A stretch of 64,000 bases of DNA from positions 64,001 to 128,000 of the forward strand of contig CAWJCS010000005.1 in the NCBI GenBank assembly GCA_963841435.1, written 5' to 3'. The translations under genes were made by a program, and so were the position numbers. Positions 20,045 through 29,746 of this stretch are shown here, in pieces. The notes under the pieces were generated by a model. That model did no database searches, was not told the DNA's origin, and saw only the letters and a list, made by a program, of their open reading frames with translations. Origin of the DNA: an uncultured delta proteobacterium (GTDB taxonomy: Bacteria > Myxococcota_A > Polyangia > Polyangiales > Polyangiaceae). Each line of letters begins with the position of its first letter. Positions within the stretch are counted from its first letter, which is position 1.

Positions 20045-21594
20045 CGGACCGGCGCAGCTGGGAGGCGTTGCAGAATCGCTGGGCGGCGGGCGAGACCCTG
20101 TCGGCGGAAGAGGAGCGCGAGCGCCTGTCTTACGCCGACTTCGACGCGCTCGCGCGCCGAGAGCTCGAGCTCTTGGCCGAGCTCTCGGGAGAGCTGAGCG
20201 CCCCCGAAGGCGAGCCGCAAAACCTCGCGCTCGCGCTCGCCGGAGCGCGGGGCGTGCGGCTGCGCGTGCTCGGTCCCGAAGGCGATTCGAAGCCCGCACA
20301 AGGGCGCAGGCGGGGCCGGCGCGCGGCGCTCGTCGGCGCGGGAGTCGCCGTCGCGGCGGCGGCAGCGACCGTCGTGTGGGTCTCTCGGCCACGACCCAGC
20401 GAGCCGGTCGCCGTCTCGGTGCCGCCGCGAGCGCCCGTTGTCGCGCCGGCACCGCGGAGCCTCGCCCGCTCCGAGCTCGTCTTCGCGAGCGGCAGCGTGA
20501 CGCTCGACGGAAAGCCGATGACGCTCGGCAGCGGGACGCTGCACGCGGGCGCCGAGCTTCGTACGGCCGAGGGCCGCGCCTGCCTCACCATCGATCCGAG
20601 CATCGACGTGTGCCTCGACGCGCAGAGCGCCGTCAGGCTCGAGTCGCTCGACCAGACGGCGCTCACGGTGCGCGTCACGGCGGGGACCGCGGTCGCCGCG
20701 CTCGCCCCGCGCAAGAGGGGACGTTTCGCGCTCGTCGGAGGCGACGTCGTGGCGACCGCTCACGGCACGGTGTTCGCGATTTCCCGGGAACCTTCGGGCA
20801 GCGCCACGCGGGTGACCGTCATGGAGGGGGAGGTCGCCGTGCAGCGCGGGCGCGGGCAGGTCTCGCTCGTCGAAGCGCATTCGGGCGTCGAGCTCGCGGG
20901 CGATCGCAGCGGCCCCCCGACGATCGTGGGTCGCGGCGAGGAGGCTCGCCTCTACGCGCTGCTCTCGCCCCGCGAGCTCTGGCAGGGTGGCAACGTGGGC
21001 GTGCTCGAAGTGGTCCAGGCGAGCCCCGGCGACCGCGTGCTCGTCGATCAGCTCGGGCCGTTCGAGATGCCGCTCGGCGTGTACGTCGGCAGCGGGCGAC
21101 ATCGGATCACGCTGCGCAGCGCCGAGAGCCCCGAGCGCGGGCTCGACGTCGACGTCGAGGCGGGCGGCACCCGGCACCTGACGCGCGCCGAGCTCGACGG
21201 CGGCGCGAGCACGACGCCGGCCTCGGCCTCGGCGCTGCTCGACCAAGCGCGCAAGCAGCTCGCCGCCGGCAACCGCCGCGCGGCCCTCGCGGCGTATCGC
21301 GAGCTCGGGCGCGCCTTCCCGAAGAGCTCGGAAGCAATCACGGTGCTCGTCACGCTCGGCAAGCTCGAGCTCGAGCTCGGCGCGCCCGAACGCGCCCTCG
21401 GCGCCTTCGACGCCTACATCGCCCACGGAGGTCCACTGCTTCCCGAGGCCTTTTCGGGCCGCGTCCGCGCGCTCCGGGCGCTCGGTCGCCGCACCGAGGA
21501 GCGGCGTGCCATCGAGCAATACCTCGGGCGCTACCCGACAGGGTTCGAAGCGCCTACGCTCCGGCAACGCCTCGCCGCGCTCTCTTCCGGATGA
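20041..21594 (+). CDS. FecR-like anti-sigma with PEGA-like and C-terminal TPR domains
   Basis: ATGA coupling to the sigma, single TM, FecR-type ATAHGTVFAI, TPR-like C-terminus ending YLGRYPTG. Confidence 0.82.
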   Translation: MTDRRSWEALQNRWAAGETLSAEEERERLSYADFDALARRELELLAELSGELSAPEGEPQNLALALAGARGVRLRVLGPEGDSKPAQGRRRGRRAALVGAGVAVAAAAATVVWVSRPRPSEPVAVSVPPRAPVVAPAPRSLARSELVFASGSVTLDGKPMTLGSGTLHAGAELRTAEGRACLTIDPSIDVCLDAQSAVRLESLDQTALTVRVTAGTAVAALAPRKRGRFALVGGDVVATAHGTVFAISREPSGSATRVTVMEGEVAVQRGRGQVSLVEAHSGVELAGDRSGPPTIVGRGEEARLYALLSPRELWQGGNVGVLEVVQASPGDRVLVDQLGPFEMPLGVYVGSGRHRITLRSAESPERGLDVDVEAGGTRHLTRAELDGGASTTPASASALLDQARKQLAAGNRRAALAAYRELGRAFPKSSEAITVLVTLGKLELELGAPERALGAFDAYIAHGGPLLPEAFSGRVRALRALGRRTEERRAIEQYLGRYPTGFEAPTLRQRLAALSSG

Positions 21595-23198
21595 CACCGC
21601 CGCGCCAAGCGCTGCTGGCCGCGCTCCTCGGTGCGAGCCTCGCTGCGTGCGGACCGCTAAAAGACGAGGTCTTCGCCTCCCGCGTCCTCGATCATACCGG
21701 GGAGCCGCTCGAGCTCGTGGAGGGCGCCGGCACCGTCGAGATCCCGCTCCTGCTCGCGACGGCGCCGGCCGAGACCGTGTCCGCGCGCTACCATTTCGCG
21801 GAGCTCGAGGCGCAGTCGACCTGCCAGTCGCCCGATTTCTCGTCCCCCGACGGTCGCGTCGTGTGGCCCGCGGGTCAACGGCGGGCCACGGTGAGCCTCC
21901 TCGTGCGCGACGACAATCTGCCGGAGCTCGACGAAGCGCTGAGCCTCGTGCTCGACGATTTCTCGGGCGCTGGCCTGCACGGCAGCGACACCGTACGGCT
22001 CGTGATCCTCGACGACGACCGGACGGGCATCATAGACGCGCGTGCGGAAAGCGGCCTCTTGCCCGGCGTCGCGAGCGATCAGGCCGGGGCGCTCGGCGAC
22101 GCGCTCGCTCGCGCCGCCGCGCTCGGACGCGGCGTCGTGTGGGTCGCGCCCGGCGACTACGAGGTCTCGGGCGTGACGCTGCCCGTCGGCGTGACACTTT
22201 CGGGGCGCGGCGCGACGCTGCACCGTCCGGCGTCGTCGCCGGGCACGACGGTCGGCATCGGCGCAAGCTACCGGGACGACATCGACTCGCCCGCGACGCT
22301 GATCGAAGGCCTGACGCTCGACGGCCGGCGCGACGAGCAGGGGCCCTTCGAGAACGACCAGCTCACCGACGCCCACCTCGTTTCGCTCCGCGGCGACCCC
22401 GAGCGCGCGGGGCAACTTCGCGTGACGCTCGAATCGCTCGGGCTCGAATCGAGCACGGCGAGCGGTGTCTTTCTGGGCCCGGGCGTCAACGCCACGCTCT
22501 GCCGCCTGCACGGCGCGGATCTCTGGCGCAACGTCGTGACGCTGCGCGGCGGGCACACGCGCGTCGATGCCCGCGAGCTAGACGCGAGCGCGAGTCTCGG
22601 TACCACGGGCCTGTGGTTCGACGGCCAGCCCGCGGGCTTCGGCGGCACGCACCGCATCAACGTCACGGTGCGCGACACGCAGCTCGCGAGCGGCGACCTC
22701 GAAATCGAAGCCTACGACGGCTCGACGATCGAGCTCGACCGCTTCAGCATGGCGCGCGGCCCGCTGAGGCTCCAGGCCCCGGACGCGACCGTGACCATCA
22801 CCGACTCGGTGCTGCAAGCGGGCCTACCGAGCGCCGTGCACAACTTCTTCGGCTTACCGCACGACGTGACGCTCACGCGCACGACGCTCGTCGCCACCGA
22901 AACCGACGACGGCGGCCTCGAAACGGTCGACGCCGACCGAACGCTCGCCGTCTCCACGGTTCGCTGGGAGCTCATGTCGAACATGGAGCTGCCGCCGCTT
23001 CTCCCGGCCGCGTCGCCGCCGCATCGAATCGTGTTCGATCAATGCACGTTCCTGCGTGGCCCCGACGTCGAAACGACGGACACCGTGTACGGCGTCGCGA
23101 CGGAGGGCAGAGGCGGATCGGTCGTCGTGCGCGCCCCCGTGCTCGATGCAAACGTCGAGGCACTGTCGCCGAGCTGTGACGGCTGCACGCTCGAGTGA
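21591..23198 (+). CDS. Lipoprotein with Calx-beta and beta-helix (pectin-lyase-fold-like) domains
   Basis: Lipobox LAAC; Calx-beta signatures DDNLPELDE and VILDDD; VWVAPGDY...VTLSGRG and IEGLTLDG. Confidence 0.7.
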   Translation: MTPPRQALLAALLGASLAACGPLKDEVFASRVLDHTGEPLELVEGAGTVEIPLLLATAPAETVSARYHFAELEAQSTCQSPDFSSPDGRVVWPAGQRRATVSLLVRDDNLPELDEALSLVLDDFSGAGLHGSDTVRLVILDDDRTGIIDARAESGLLPGVASDQAGALGDALARAAALGRGVVWVAPGDYEVSGVTLPVGVTLSGRGATLHRPASSPGTTVGIGASYRDDIDSPATLIEGLTLDGRRDEQGPFENDQLTDAHLVSLRGDPERAGQLRVTLESLGLESSTASGVFLGPGVNATLCRLHGADLWRNVVTLRGGHTRVDARELDASASLGTTGLWFDGQPAGFGGTHRINVTVRDTQLASGDLEIEAYDGSTIELDRFSMARGPLRLQAPDATVTITDSVLQAGLPSAVHNFFGLPHDVTLTRTTLVATETDDGGLETVDADRTLAVSTVRWELMSNMELPPLLPAASPPHRIVFDQCTFLRGPDVETTDTVYGVATEGRGGSVVVRAPVLDANVEALSPSCDGCTLE

Positions 23199-23310
23199 GC
23201 CTTCGAACGCGGCCGCCTGCCGGCCGGTCCCGCTCCGTGAGCCGTGATTTTCGGGGGTTACACGAGATACTGTTCACGCGTTCAGCGCTCTGATATCGAG
23301 GGGCAGAGCC

Positions 23311-23640
23311 ATGGAAGACCACGCATTGCCACTCGTTCCGTTTTTCGCGGCCCGCGCCACCGACGGGTCGCGGATCACTCGCTACGCCGTGGGCCTCGAA
23401 AAGGTCCCCGCCGACTTTTTCGCCGACCCGGACGGCGTCTGGACCTTCGAGGGGCTCGCGCAGTCAGCGGGTTTTGCCCTCGACGCCGGCGTCGCCATCG
23501 GCGCGCTGCGCCACGCGTTCAACGGCCACCCGGCGGGCGCCGCCGTCGTCACGCTGAACCGTGCCGCGCGCCCCTACGTCGCGATCGTCGAGTGCCCGGT
23601 CGCCGTCGCACTCGAGCCGCGCGCCGCGTCCGCAGCGTGA
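23311..23640 (+). CDS. Hypothetical protein
   Basis: ATG after GAGGGG, GC3-biased codons, fills the gap between neighbouring genes. Confidence 0.65.
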   Translation: MEDHALPLVPFFAARATDGSRITRYAVGLEKVPADFFADPDGVWTFEGLAQSAGFALDAGVAIGALRHAFNGHPAGAAVVTLNRAARPYVAIVECPVAVALEPRAASAA

Positions 23641-23730
23641 AGCGCGCGTTCGACTCTCCCGCCGATCGCGATCGAGGCTTTCGAGGTCGCCCGGCCCGAG
23701 AACCGCCGCGGCCCGCGCCGTCATGGCCGC

Positions 23731-25458
23731 TCACGCCGCGTCGGCTTCGAGCTGGTTGAAGAGCGGTGCGAGCTCGGGGCGGCGGCGCAGCGGCGCGCAG
23801 AAGCGCGTTGCGATCTCGAGGAGCTTCGTTTCGAGCTCGTCGGCGCGTTTGCCGAGCTCGCCGATCGACTTCTCGCGTGCAGCGGTCTCCTTTTCGAGGG
23901 TTTCCTCGTGATTGGCGAGCGCGGCACGGAGCGCCTCGATCTGATATTCGATGTCGGTCACTTCGCTTCTTCGCGCGGCGACGCGCGCATCGGCCTGGCG
24001 CAAGTCCTCGCGCTGAATCACCCAGCCGTCGACGATGTCCGCCGCGGCTCGGTACGCCTGCGCAAGCTCCGGGTACGGCTCCTGGAATGCCGAGCGGCCC
24101 TCCCAGCGCATGATCTCCGCGTGCGCGCGCAGGAGAAGCGCCCGTGGTCCCTCGAGCGCCTGGCGCACGTTCGCCGCGGCCGCGGTCGCCGTCTTGAGCT
24201 CGTCACGGGCCTTGCTAAGGTCGATGCCGAGCGCGTCAACGGCATGACCGAAGCGCTGGCGTGAGTCGCGGCCGCGCGCCTCGATCGACTCGAGCGCACG
24301 CTGTTCGTCGACGGCGCGCCCGCGGATCTCGCTGATCTTTTGCACGAGCCCCTTCACTTCCGCGAGCGCGCTCACGAGATCCTCCGGGCGCTGAGCGCCG
24401 AACGCGGCATCGAGCATTTGGTCGAAGACGGCCGTGCGCTTGACCCAGCGGTCGATGGCAACGGGCGGCAAGGTCTTCGCGGGGCCGCGCGAGCTTTCGC
24501 CTACCTCGTCGATCTCGGCCGGGACGCGAACGCCGAGCGCGCCGGCGATGCGCAAGAGGTCGTTGTGGACGCGATGCGCGTCGACGGGCCGATCTTTGGG
24601 GTCCTTCGCCAAGAGATCGCTCACGAGGCGATCGAGCTCGGCGGGCACACTCGGGTCCCGCTGCCGCAGCGGAATGGGCTTCTCCTTGAGATGCTTGACG
24701 AAGAAAGTCGCGACGTCGTCCGCGTCGAACGGCAGCTGCCCGCAGAGCATCTCGTAGAGCATGACGCCGAGCGCGTAGAGGTCCGCGGACGGCCCGGCGT
24801 CGATCGACGTGATGCGCTCTGGGGCCATGTACTGGGGCGTACCGAACACCTCGCCGGCGCCCGTGAGCCGTACGTCCTGCATCGACCGGGCGATGCCGAA
24901 ATCGAGGAGCTTCACGAAGTCGCTACCGTCCTCGGCCTCGGCGAGGAACACGTTCTCGGGCTTCAAGTCGCGGTGGATCACCTCGAGGTCGTGGGCGCGA
25001 GCGAGCGCGCGCGCGATCTGAATCGTGATGGGGAGCGTGCGCTCGAGCGGGACCTTGCCGCGCACGACCGCGTCGGCGAGCGTTTCGCCGTCGAGCAGCT
25101 CCATGACGAGAAATAGGCTGCCGTCGGGCAGCTCGCCCTGATCGAAGATCTCGATGATGTTGGGGTGGCCGAGCTTCTGTGCTGCCTTGGCCTCGCGACG
25201 GAAGCGCTCGCGGATCACCACGTTCTTGGCGAGCGCCGCGTTCATGATCTTGACGGCGCACGGCCGGTCGACGAGCCGGTGCCTGGCGGCGTACACGGTC
25301 GCCATCCCGCCTTCGCCGATGGCGGCCTCTAGCTGGTATCTTCCCGCCACGGTGAGCCCGATCCGCGGGTCCTGCACCGCTTCGAGCGGCGAGCCACACA
25401 GAAAGCAGGCCGCCGTGTCGTCGGGGAAGCTCAGCTTGCAGCGCTGGCAAGCCTTCAT
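23731..25458 (-). CDS. Cytoplasmic Ser/Thr kinase with N-terminal Zn ribbon and C-terminal coiled coil
   Basis: CQRC...[32 protein letters not shown]; no TM; heptad-rich tail. Confidence 0.95.
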   Translation of the reverse strand: MKACQRCKLSFPDDTAACFLCGSPLEAVQDPRIGLTVAGRYQLEAAIGEGGMATVYAARHRLVDRPCAVKIMNAALAKNVVIRERFRREAKAAQKLGHPNIIEIFDQGELPDGSLFLVMELLDGETLADAVVRGKVPLERTLPITIQIARALARAHDLEVIHRDLKPENVFLAEAEDGSDFVKLLDFGIARSMQDVRLTGAGEVFGTPQYMAPERITSIDAGPSADLYALGVMLYEMLCGQLPFDADDVATFFVKHLKEKPIPLRQRDPSVPAELDRLVSDLLAKDPKDRPVDAHRVHNDLLRIAGALGVRVPAEIDEVGESSRGPAKTLPPVAIDRWVKRTAVFDQMLDAAFGAQRPEDLVSALAEVKGLVQKISEIRGRAVDEQRALESIEARGRDSRQRFGHAVDALGIDLSKARDELKTATAAAANVRQALEGPRALLLRAHAEIMRWEGRSAFQEPYPELAQAYRAAADIVDGWVIQREDLRQADARVAARRSEVTDIEYQIEALRAALANHEETLEKETAAREKSIGELGKRADELETKLLEIATRFCAPLRRRPELAPLFNQLEADAA

Positions 25459-25656
25459 GGCAAGGGATGCATCATCGCGCGAGGACCGCGCAACTGCCAC
25501 GGCGACGGCACACGCGCGATATTGTTCTTTGATTTCGAGCGGTTGAAGAACTCAACTTTCCTTCACAATCTCGCGCGCACGCCCTTCACGTTGGGTTTGC
25601 AGGTTCTCTTCGACGGGCTCGCAGGGTGCGAGACCCGAAAACGAGGAGACAATCTC

Positions 25657-26124
25657 ATGTTCGGTTTCTTTTTCGGTACGGCGTGCTTGCTCGGCCTGGT
25701 GGCCGTGGTCGCACGTGGAAGGCGGCATCGGTACCACCGTTTCGGGTACGGCCGCCATGGCGGTTTCGGTCCGCGCGGCGCCGTGAACGCCGTGCTGTCC
25801 AGGCTCGACACGGGGCCCGGCCAGGAGAAGGTGATTCAACAAGCCGTCGACGACTTCGTCGCGCACGCGCGCGAGTCGGGGCGCGAGGTTCGCGGCACGC
25901 GGCGCGACATCGCCGAAGCGGTGCGCGGTGACCGCGTCGACGAGGCACGCCTGAACGAGGTGTTCGACCGCCACGACGCCGCGCTCTCGGGCCTGCGCGC
26001 CGCCGGCGTCGAAACGATGCGCAAGATCCACGAAGCTCTCGACGAACGGCAGCGCAAGATCCTCGCCGATCTCGTCGAGTCCGGACCGCACTACGGCTTT
26101 TACGGGCGTGGCTACGCCTGCTGA
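25657..26124 (+). CDS. Spy/CpxP / heavy-metal-resistance-like helical protein
   Basis: GAGGAG RBS, N-terminal hydrophobic anchor, IHEALDERQR (LTXXQ-like motif), upstream of an OmpR/HK pair. Confidence 0.7.
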   Translation: MFGFFFGTACLLGLVAVVARGRRHRYHRFGYGRHGGFGPRGAVNAVLSRLDTGPGQEKVIQQAVDDFVAHARESGREVRGTRRDIAEAVRGDRVDEARLNEVFDRHDAALSGLRAAGVETMRKIHEALDERQRKILADLVESGPHYGFYGRGYAC

Positions 26125-26139
26125 CCACGGAGGTATCCC

Positions 26140-26400
26140 ATGTGGAGAGGCATTCTGATCGTGTTCCTGGCGGCGGGCGCCGTTTTGGGCTTCGCGGCCG
26201 GGTTCGGCCGGCTTTGCGGGTATCACGGCTACGGCTGGCACCACGGCTTCGGCCCGGGCGGCCATATGGCCTTCGAAGATCGCGCTGCGGAGGCGTGCGT
26301 GCGCGCTGCCGAGCGCGTGATGCACGAGCAAAGGGGCGAGCCGCCGCGACCGTCACCCGCGGCGATCGAGCCGAAAGCGCCGGCGGCGCCCGCGCCGTGA
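26140..26400 (+). CDS. Small membrane-anchored His/Cys-containing protein
   Basis: GGAGG RBS, TM helix, CGYHGYGWHHG, AEACV. Confidence 0.7.
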   Translation: MWRGILIVFLAAGAVLGFAAGFGRLCGYHGYGWHHGFGPGGHMAFEDRAAEACVRAAERVMHEQRGEPPRPSPAAIEPKAPAAPAP

Positions 26401-26433
26401 GCGGCCCGTGACGATGGTAGGCTCGGGTACACG

Positions 26434-27117
26434 ATGACGACACGCGTGCTCGTGGTCGACGATGACGCTCGGCTCTACGAGCTCATCGAAAGCTACCTGA
26501 CGCAGAACGGAGTGAGCCCGGCGCACGCGCCGGATGGGCGCCGGGCTCTCGATCTGCTCTCGCGAGACGCGTTCGACGCCGTGCTGCTCGACGTGATGAT
26601 GCCCGGGCTCGACGGCCTCGAGGTGCTGTCGAGACTGCGCGCGCGCTGGCCGGGCCTACCCGTCATCATGCTGACGGCGAAGGGGGACGAAACCGACCGC
26701 GTCGTCGGGCTCGAGCTCGGCGCCGACGACTACCTCGCCAAGCCCTTCAGCCCGCGCGAGCTCCTGGCGCGGCTCAAGGCCGTGCTGAGACGCGCTCACC
26801 CCGACCTCGAGCGCCAGCGGCTTGCCGCAGGCGGCGTGGTGCTCGAGGTGGAGACGCGGCAGGTGCATGTCGACGGCAAGCCGGTCGAGCTCACGGGGCT
26901 CGAGTTCGACCTTCTGCTCGCGCTTTTGCGGCGCGCGGGACAGGTGGTGCCGCGCCAGAGCTTGCTTTCCCAAGCGGGTCGCGGCGACATCAACGTCAGC
27001 GACCGCACGGTCGACGTGCACATCTCGCACCTCAGGAAGAAGCTCGGCGACGATCCGCCGCGCCTCATTCGCACGGTGCGCGGTGTCGGCTACGTGCTGT
27101 CGAAGGACGGCTCGTGA
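26434..27117 (+). CDS. OmpR-family response regulator (CpxR-like)
   Basis: VVDDD, LLDVMMP, GADDYLAKPF, winged helix DVHISHLRKKL...TVRGVGY. Confidence 0.95.
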   Translation: MTTRVLVVDDDARLYELIESYLTQNGVSPAHAPDGRRALDLLSRDAFDAVLLDVMMPGLDGLEVLSRLRARWPGLPVIMLTAKGDETDRVVGLELGADDYLAKPFSPRELLARLKAVLRRAHPDLERQRLAAGGVVLEVETRQVHVDGKPVELTGLEFDLLLALLRRAGQVVPRQSLLSQAGRGDINVSDRTVDVHISHLRKKLGDDPPRLIRTVRGVGYVLSKDGS

Positions 27118-28442
27118 GGGGCCACCGTAGGTTCGGTCCGGGACGACCCTTTCGTCACGGACCGCACGGTGGGCCGCACTGCGAGGTGCCGCGCCGCATG
27201 CGGCTCCAGCGCCGGCTCTTCTGGTGGTTCGGCGTGACCATTCTCTTTACGGCCATCGTGGTCGGCGGCGTCGTGAGCGCGTTCGGGCCGGGTGCGGCGC
27301 ACTATCGGGAGGATTTTGCGCGCTTCGAAGCACTCGGCCGCACGGAGCTCGCGCGTGTCTGGCACGATCCCCGAGCACGCGGCGAGCTCACACGCGGGCT
27401 CGCCCACGCCTTCCGCGCCGACGTGACGGTCACGGACGCCTCGGGCAAGCTGCTCGAGCAGGTGGGCGAGCCGTGCAACGAGGGCTACACGCTCGAGGTT
27501 CGCGACGCCCGGGGTTTTCTCGGAACGGTCCACGGTTGTGTCGGTCCACAGCGCCGCGCGCCGTTCGGCTTCGTCGTCGGCGTCGCCACGGCCGCGCTGC
27601 TCCTGTGGGCCGCGTCTGCGGCCATCGCGCGTCGGCTCACGCGTCCGCTCGCCGAGCTCGAGCGGGTCACGCGAGCCATCGGCGCCGGCGATCTCGGCGC
27701 TCGCGTTCGTCTCGGGCGTCATCAGCCCGGCGAGGTCGGCGCGCTTGCCGACTCGGTCAACGAGATGGCCGCGCGCATCGAGCACCAGCTCAAAGAGGAA
27801 CGGGAGCTACTTGCCGCCGTGTCGCACGAGATCCGAAGCCCCCTCGCGCGGCTGCGCGTGCTCGTCGAGCTTGCCGCCGGCGAGGGCACGAGCGGGACGC
27901 GGCTCGCGGAGATCGAGCGCGAGATCCTCGGCATCGACGCGCTCATCGGCAAGCTCCTCGCGTCGTCGCGCCTCGAGTTCGGCGCGCTCGCCCGTCAGAC
28001 CCTGCCCGCCGCCAACGTCGCGCGACGCGCGCTCGAGGCGGCGAGCCTGTCCGAGGGATTGCTCACGGACGAGAGCGCCGGGGCGCGCGTGGACGTGGAT
28101 CCGACGCTCGTCGGCCGGGCGCTCGGCAATCTGCTCGAGAACGCGGAGCGGCACGCCAGCGGCGTGGAGCGCCTCCTCGTCGCCCTCGACGGCGAGGCGC
28201 CCCGCGTGCGTTTCGAGGTGCTCGACCGCGGACCGGGCTTCGCCGCCGAGGCGCTGACGCGGGCCTTCGAGCCATTTTATTCTGGATCGGGTGGCGGCGC
28301 GCGGGGCGGCTCGTCCCTGGGACTCGGGTTGTCGCTCGTTTCGCGCATCGCGCGCGCCCATGGCGGCCGGGCCTTCGCCGAGAACCGCGAGGGCGGCGGC
28401 GCCAGAACCGTCCTCGAGCTACCGGTTCGAGAGACCTCGTGA
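27114..28442 (+). CDS. HAMP-domain sensor histidine kinase (CpxA-like)
   Basis: Two TMs, HAMP, H-box SHEIRSPL, N-box NLLENA, DRGPG, FEPF, GLGLS. Confidence 0.95.
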   Translation: MRGHRRFGPGRPFRHGPHGGPHCEVPRRMRLQRRLFWWFGVTILFTAIVVGGVVSAFGPGAAHYREDFARFEALGRTELARVWHDPRARGELTRGLAHAFRADVTVTDASGKLLEQVGEPCNEGYTLEVRDARGFLGTVHGCVGPQRRAPFGFVVGVATAALLLWAASAAIARRLTRPLAELERVTRAIGAGDLGARVRLGRHQPGEVGALADSVNEMAARIEHQLKEERELLAAVSHEIRSPLARLRVLVELAAGEGTSGTRLAEIEREILGIDALIGKLLASSRLEFGALARQTLPAANVARRALEAASLSEGLLTDESAGARVDVDPTLVGRALGNLLENAERHASGVERLLVALDGEAPRVRFEVLDRGPGFAAEALTRAFEPFYSGSGGGARGGSSLGLGLSLVSRIARAHGGRAFAENREGGGARTVLELPVRETS

Positions 28443-28463
28443 TAGAGCCCACACGCATCGCTC

Positions 28464-29351
28464 ATGGCGACGTCGCGACGTCAGCGCGGTCTCAAGGTCG
28501 ACGTCCCGGCGGCGAGCAGCACGCCCCTGCGCCTCGGCCGGATCGGCATCATCGCCGCCGTGGGCTTTGCGATCGGCCTCGTCTGGCCCCGACTCGCAGG
28601 AGTGCGCCTCGTGCCGGAGCTGCCGGGGGCCCCGGCCTCGAGCCAGGACCTGTCGGGTGCTCCCGAGGAGGCGCCGCCTGCGGCCTCGGAGGAAAAGCTC
28701 CCCCAGGCCTCGGAAACGCCGCCCCTGCCCGACGCGCCCGAGACACAGCCACCCGTGGTCGGCGACGCTCAGGTCACGAGCTGTCGCGACGGCGGCGGCG
28801 GACGCATCCAGACCTGTGACGCCGTCGACTTCGACCGCGTCGCGCGCCCCCGCCTCGGCTCGCTCACCGACTGCGAGCCGGCCAAGGCGATCGCGGGCGT
28901 GGTCTCGGTCGGCTTCGACCTGGACTTCGGCACCGAGCGCGTGACGCGTGTGACGAGCGGCAAGGCCACCACACTCGAGCACGACGCGCTCGCGCTCCTG
29001 CTCCAGTGCTACGAGAAGAGCTTCTCGAACGTCTCCCTGGTCGGCATCCCCCACCAGCATCAACGCTACACGGTGTTCTACCGCGTGGAGCTCAAGGGCA
29101 CGGCCTCGGCGAGCCCGGAAGGCTCGGCGGACGGCGCGCCGCTCAGCATCACCCCTGCGAGTGGTACGGCTACCGTGACCTGGGACACGGCGCTCGTCCA
29201 CGCCACGCCCGAGCGCGAAAGCAAGGTGAGCGCGCGGCTGCGCTCCGGAACGCGGGTCGCCGTGACGGGCCGGAGCGGCGATTGGTATCGGGTGAAGTAC
29301 GACTCCCGCGGGCGCGAAGGCTGGGTGTTCCGCACGGCGATCGGCCTCTGA
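28464..29351 (+). CDS. Membrane-anchored protein with C-terminal bacterial SH3 domain
   Basis: TM near N-terminus; C-terminal LRSGTRVAVTGRSGDWYRV...EGWV. Confidence 0.8.
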   Translation: MATSRRQRGLKVDVPAASSTPLRLGRIGIIAAVGFAIGLVWPRLAGVRLVPELPGAPASSQDLSGAPEEAPPAASEEKLPQASETPPLPDAPETQPPVVGDAQVTSCRDGGGGRIQTCDAVDFDRVARPRLGSLTDCEPAKAIAGVVSVGFDLDFGTERVTRVTSGKATTLEHDALALLLQCYEKSFSNVSLVGIPHQHQRYTVFYRVELKGTASASPEGSADGAPLSITPASGTATVTWDTALVHATPERESKVSARLRSGTRVAVTGRSGDWYRVKYDSRGREGWVFRTAIGL

Positions 29352-29377
29352 AGGCCCCGGCCCATCCCCGTGCTAGA

Positions 29378-29731
29378 ATGAAGTGGTTGAAAGGCGACGA
29401 GCACGACGGTTCGGACGTTGCGCTGATCCACGGCAGGACGCCGGACGGCGCGGGGCTCCGCATCGTGCGCCGCCGGGAGGATCGGGTCGAGGTCGGCGCG
29501 CTGCATCCGCTGAAGCACGGCACGCCGATCGTGGGCGAGGTGGTGAGCCTCACTCCCCGACCCGACTTTCCCCTGCTCTGCGACGTCAAGGTCGAGCTGC
29601 CGGCTCCCGTACCGCAGAAAGCCGCTCCGGCACGGGTGCAGAAGGGCCCGGCGCAGGTCGCGACGGACCGCTACCGCGAGAACTGGGACCGCATCTTCGA
29701 GCCCAAGAAGAGTCCGCCGCTCCTCAACTGA
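29378..29731 (+). CDS. Hypothetical protein
   Basis: ATG 29378, coding-like composition, ends YRENWDRIF. Confidence 0.65.
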   Translation: MKWLKGDEHDGSDVALIHGRTPDGAGLRIVRRREDRVEVGALHPLKHGTPIVGEVVSLTPRPDFPLLCDVKVELPAPVPQKAAPARVQKGPAQVATDRYRENWDRIFEPKKSPPLLN

Positions 29732-29746
29732 GAGCGGGCCGGCGTT

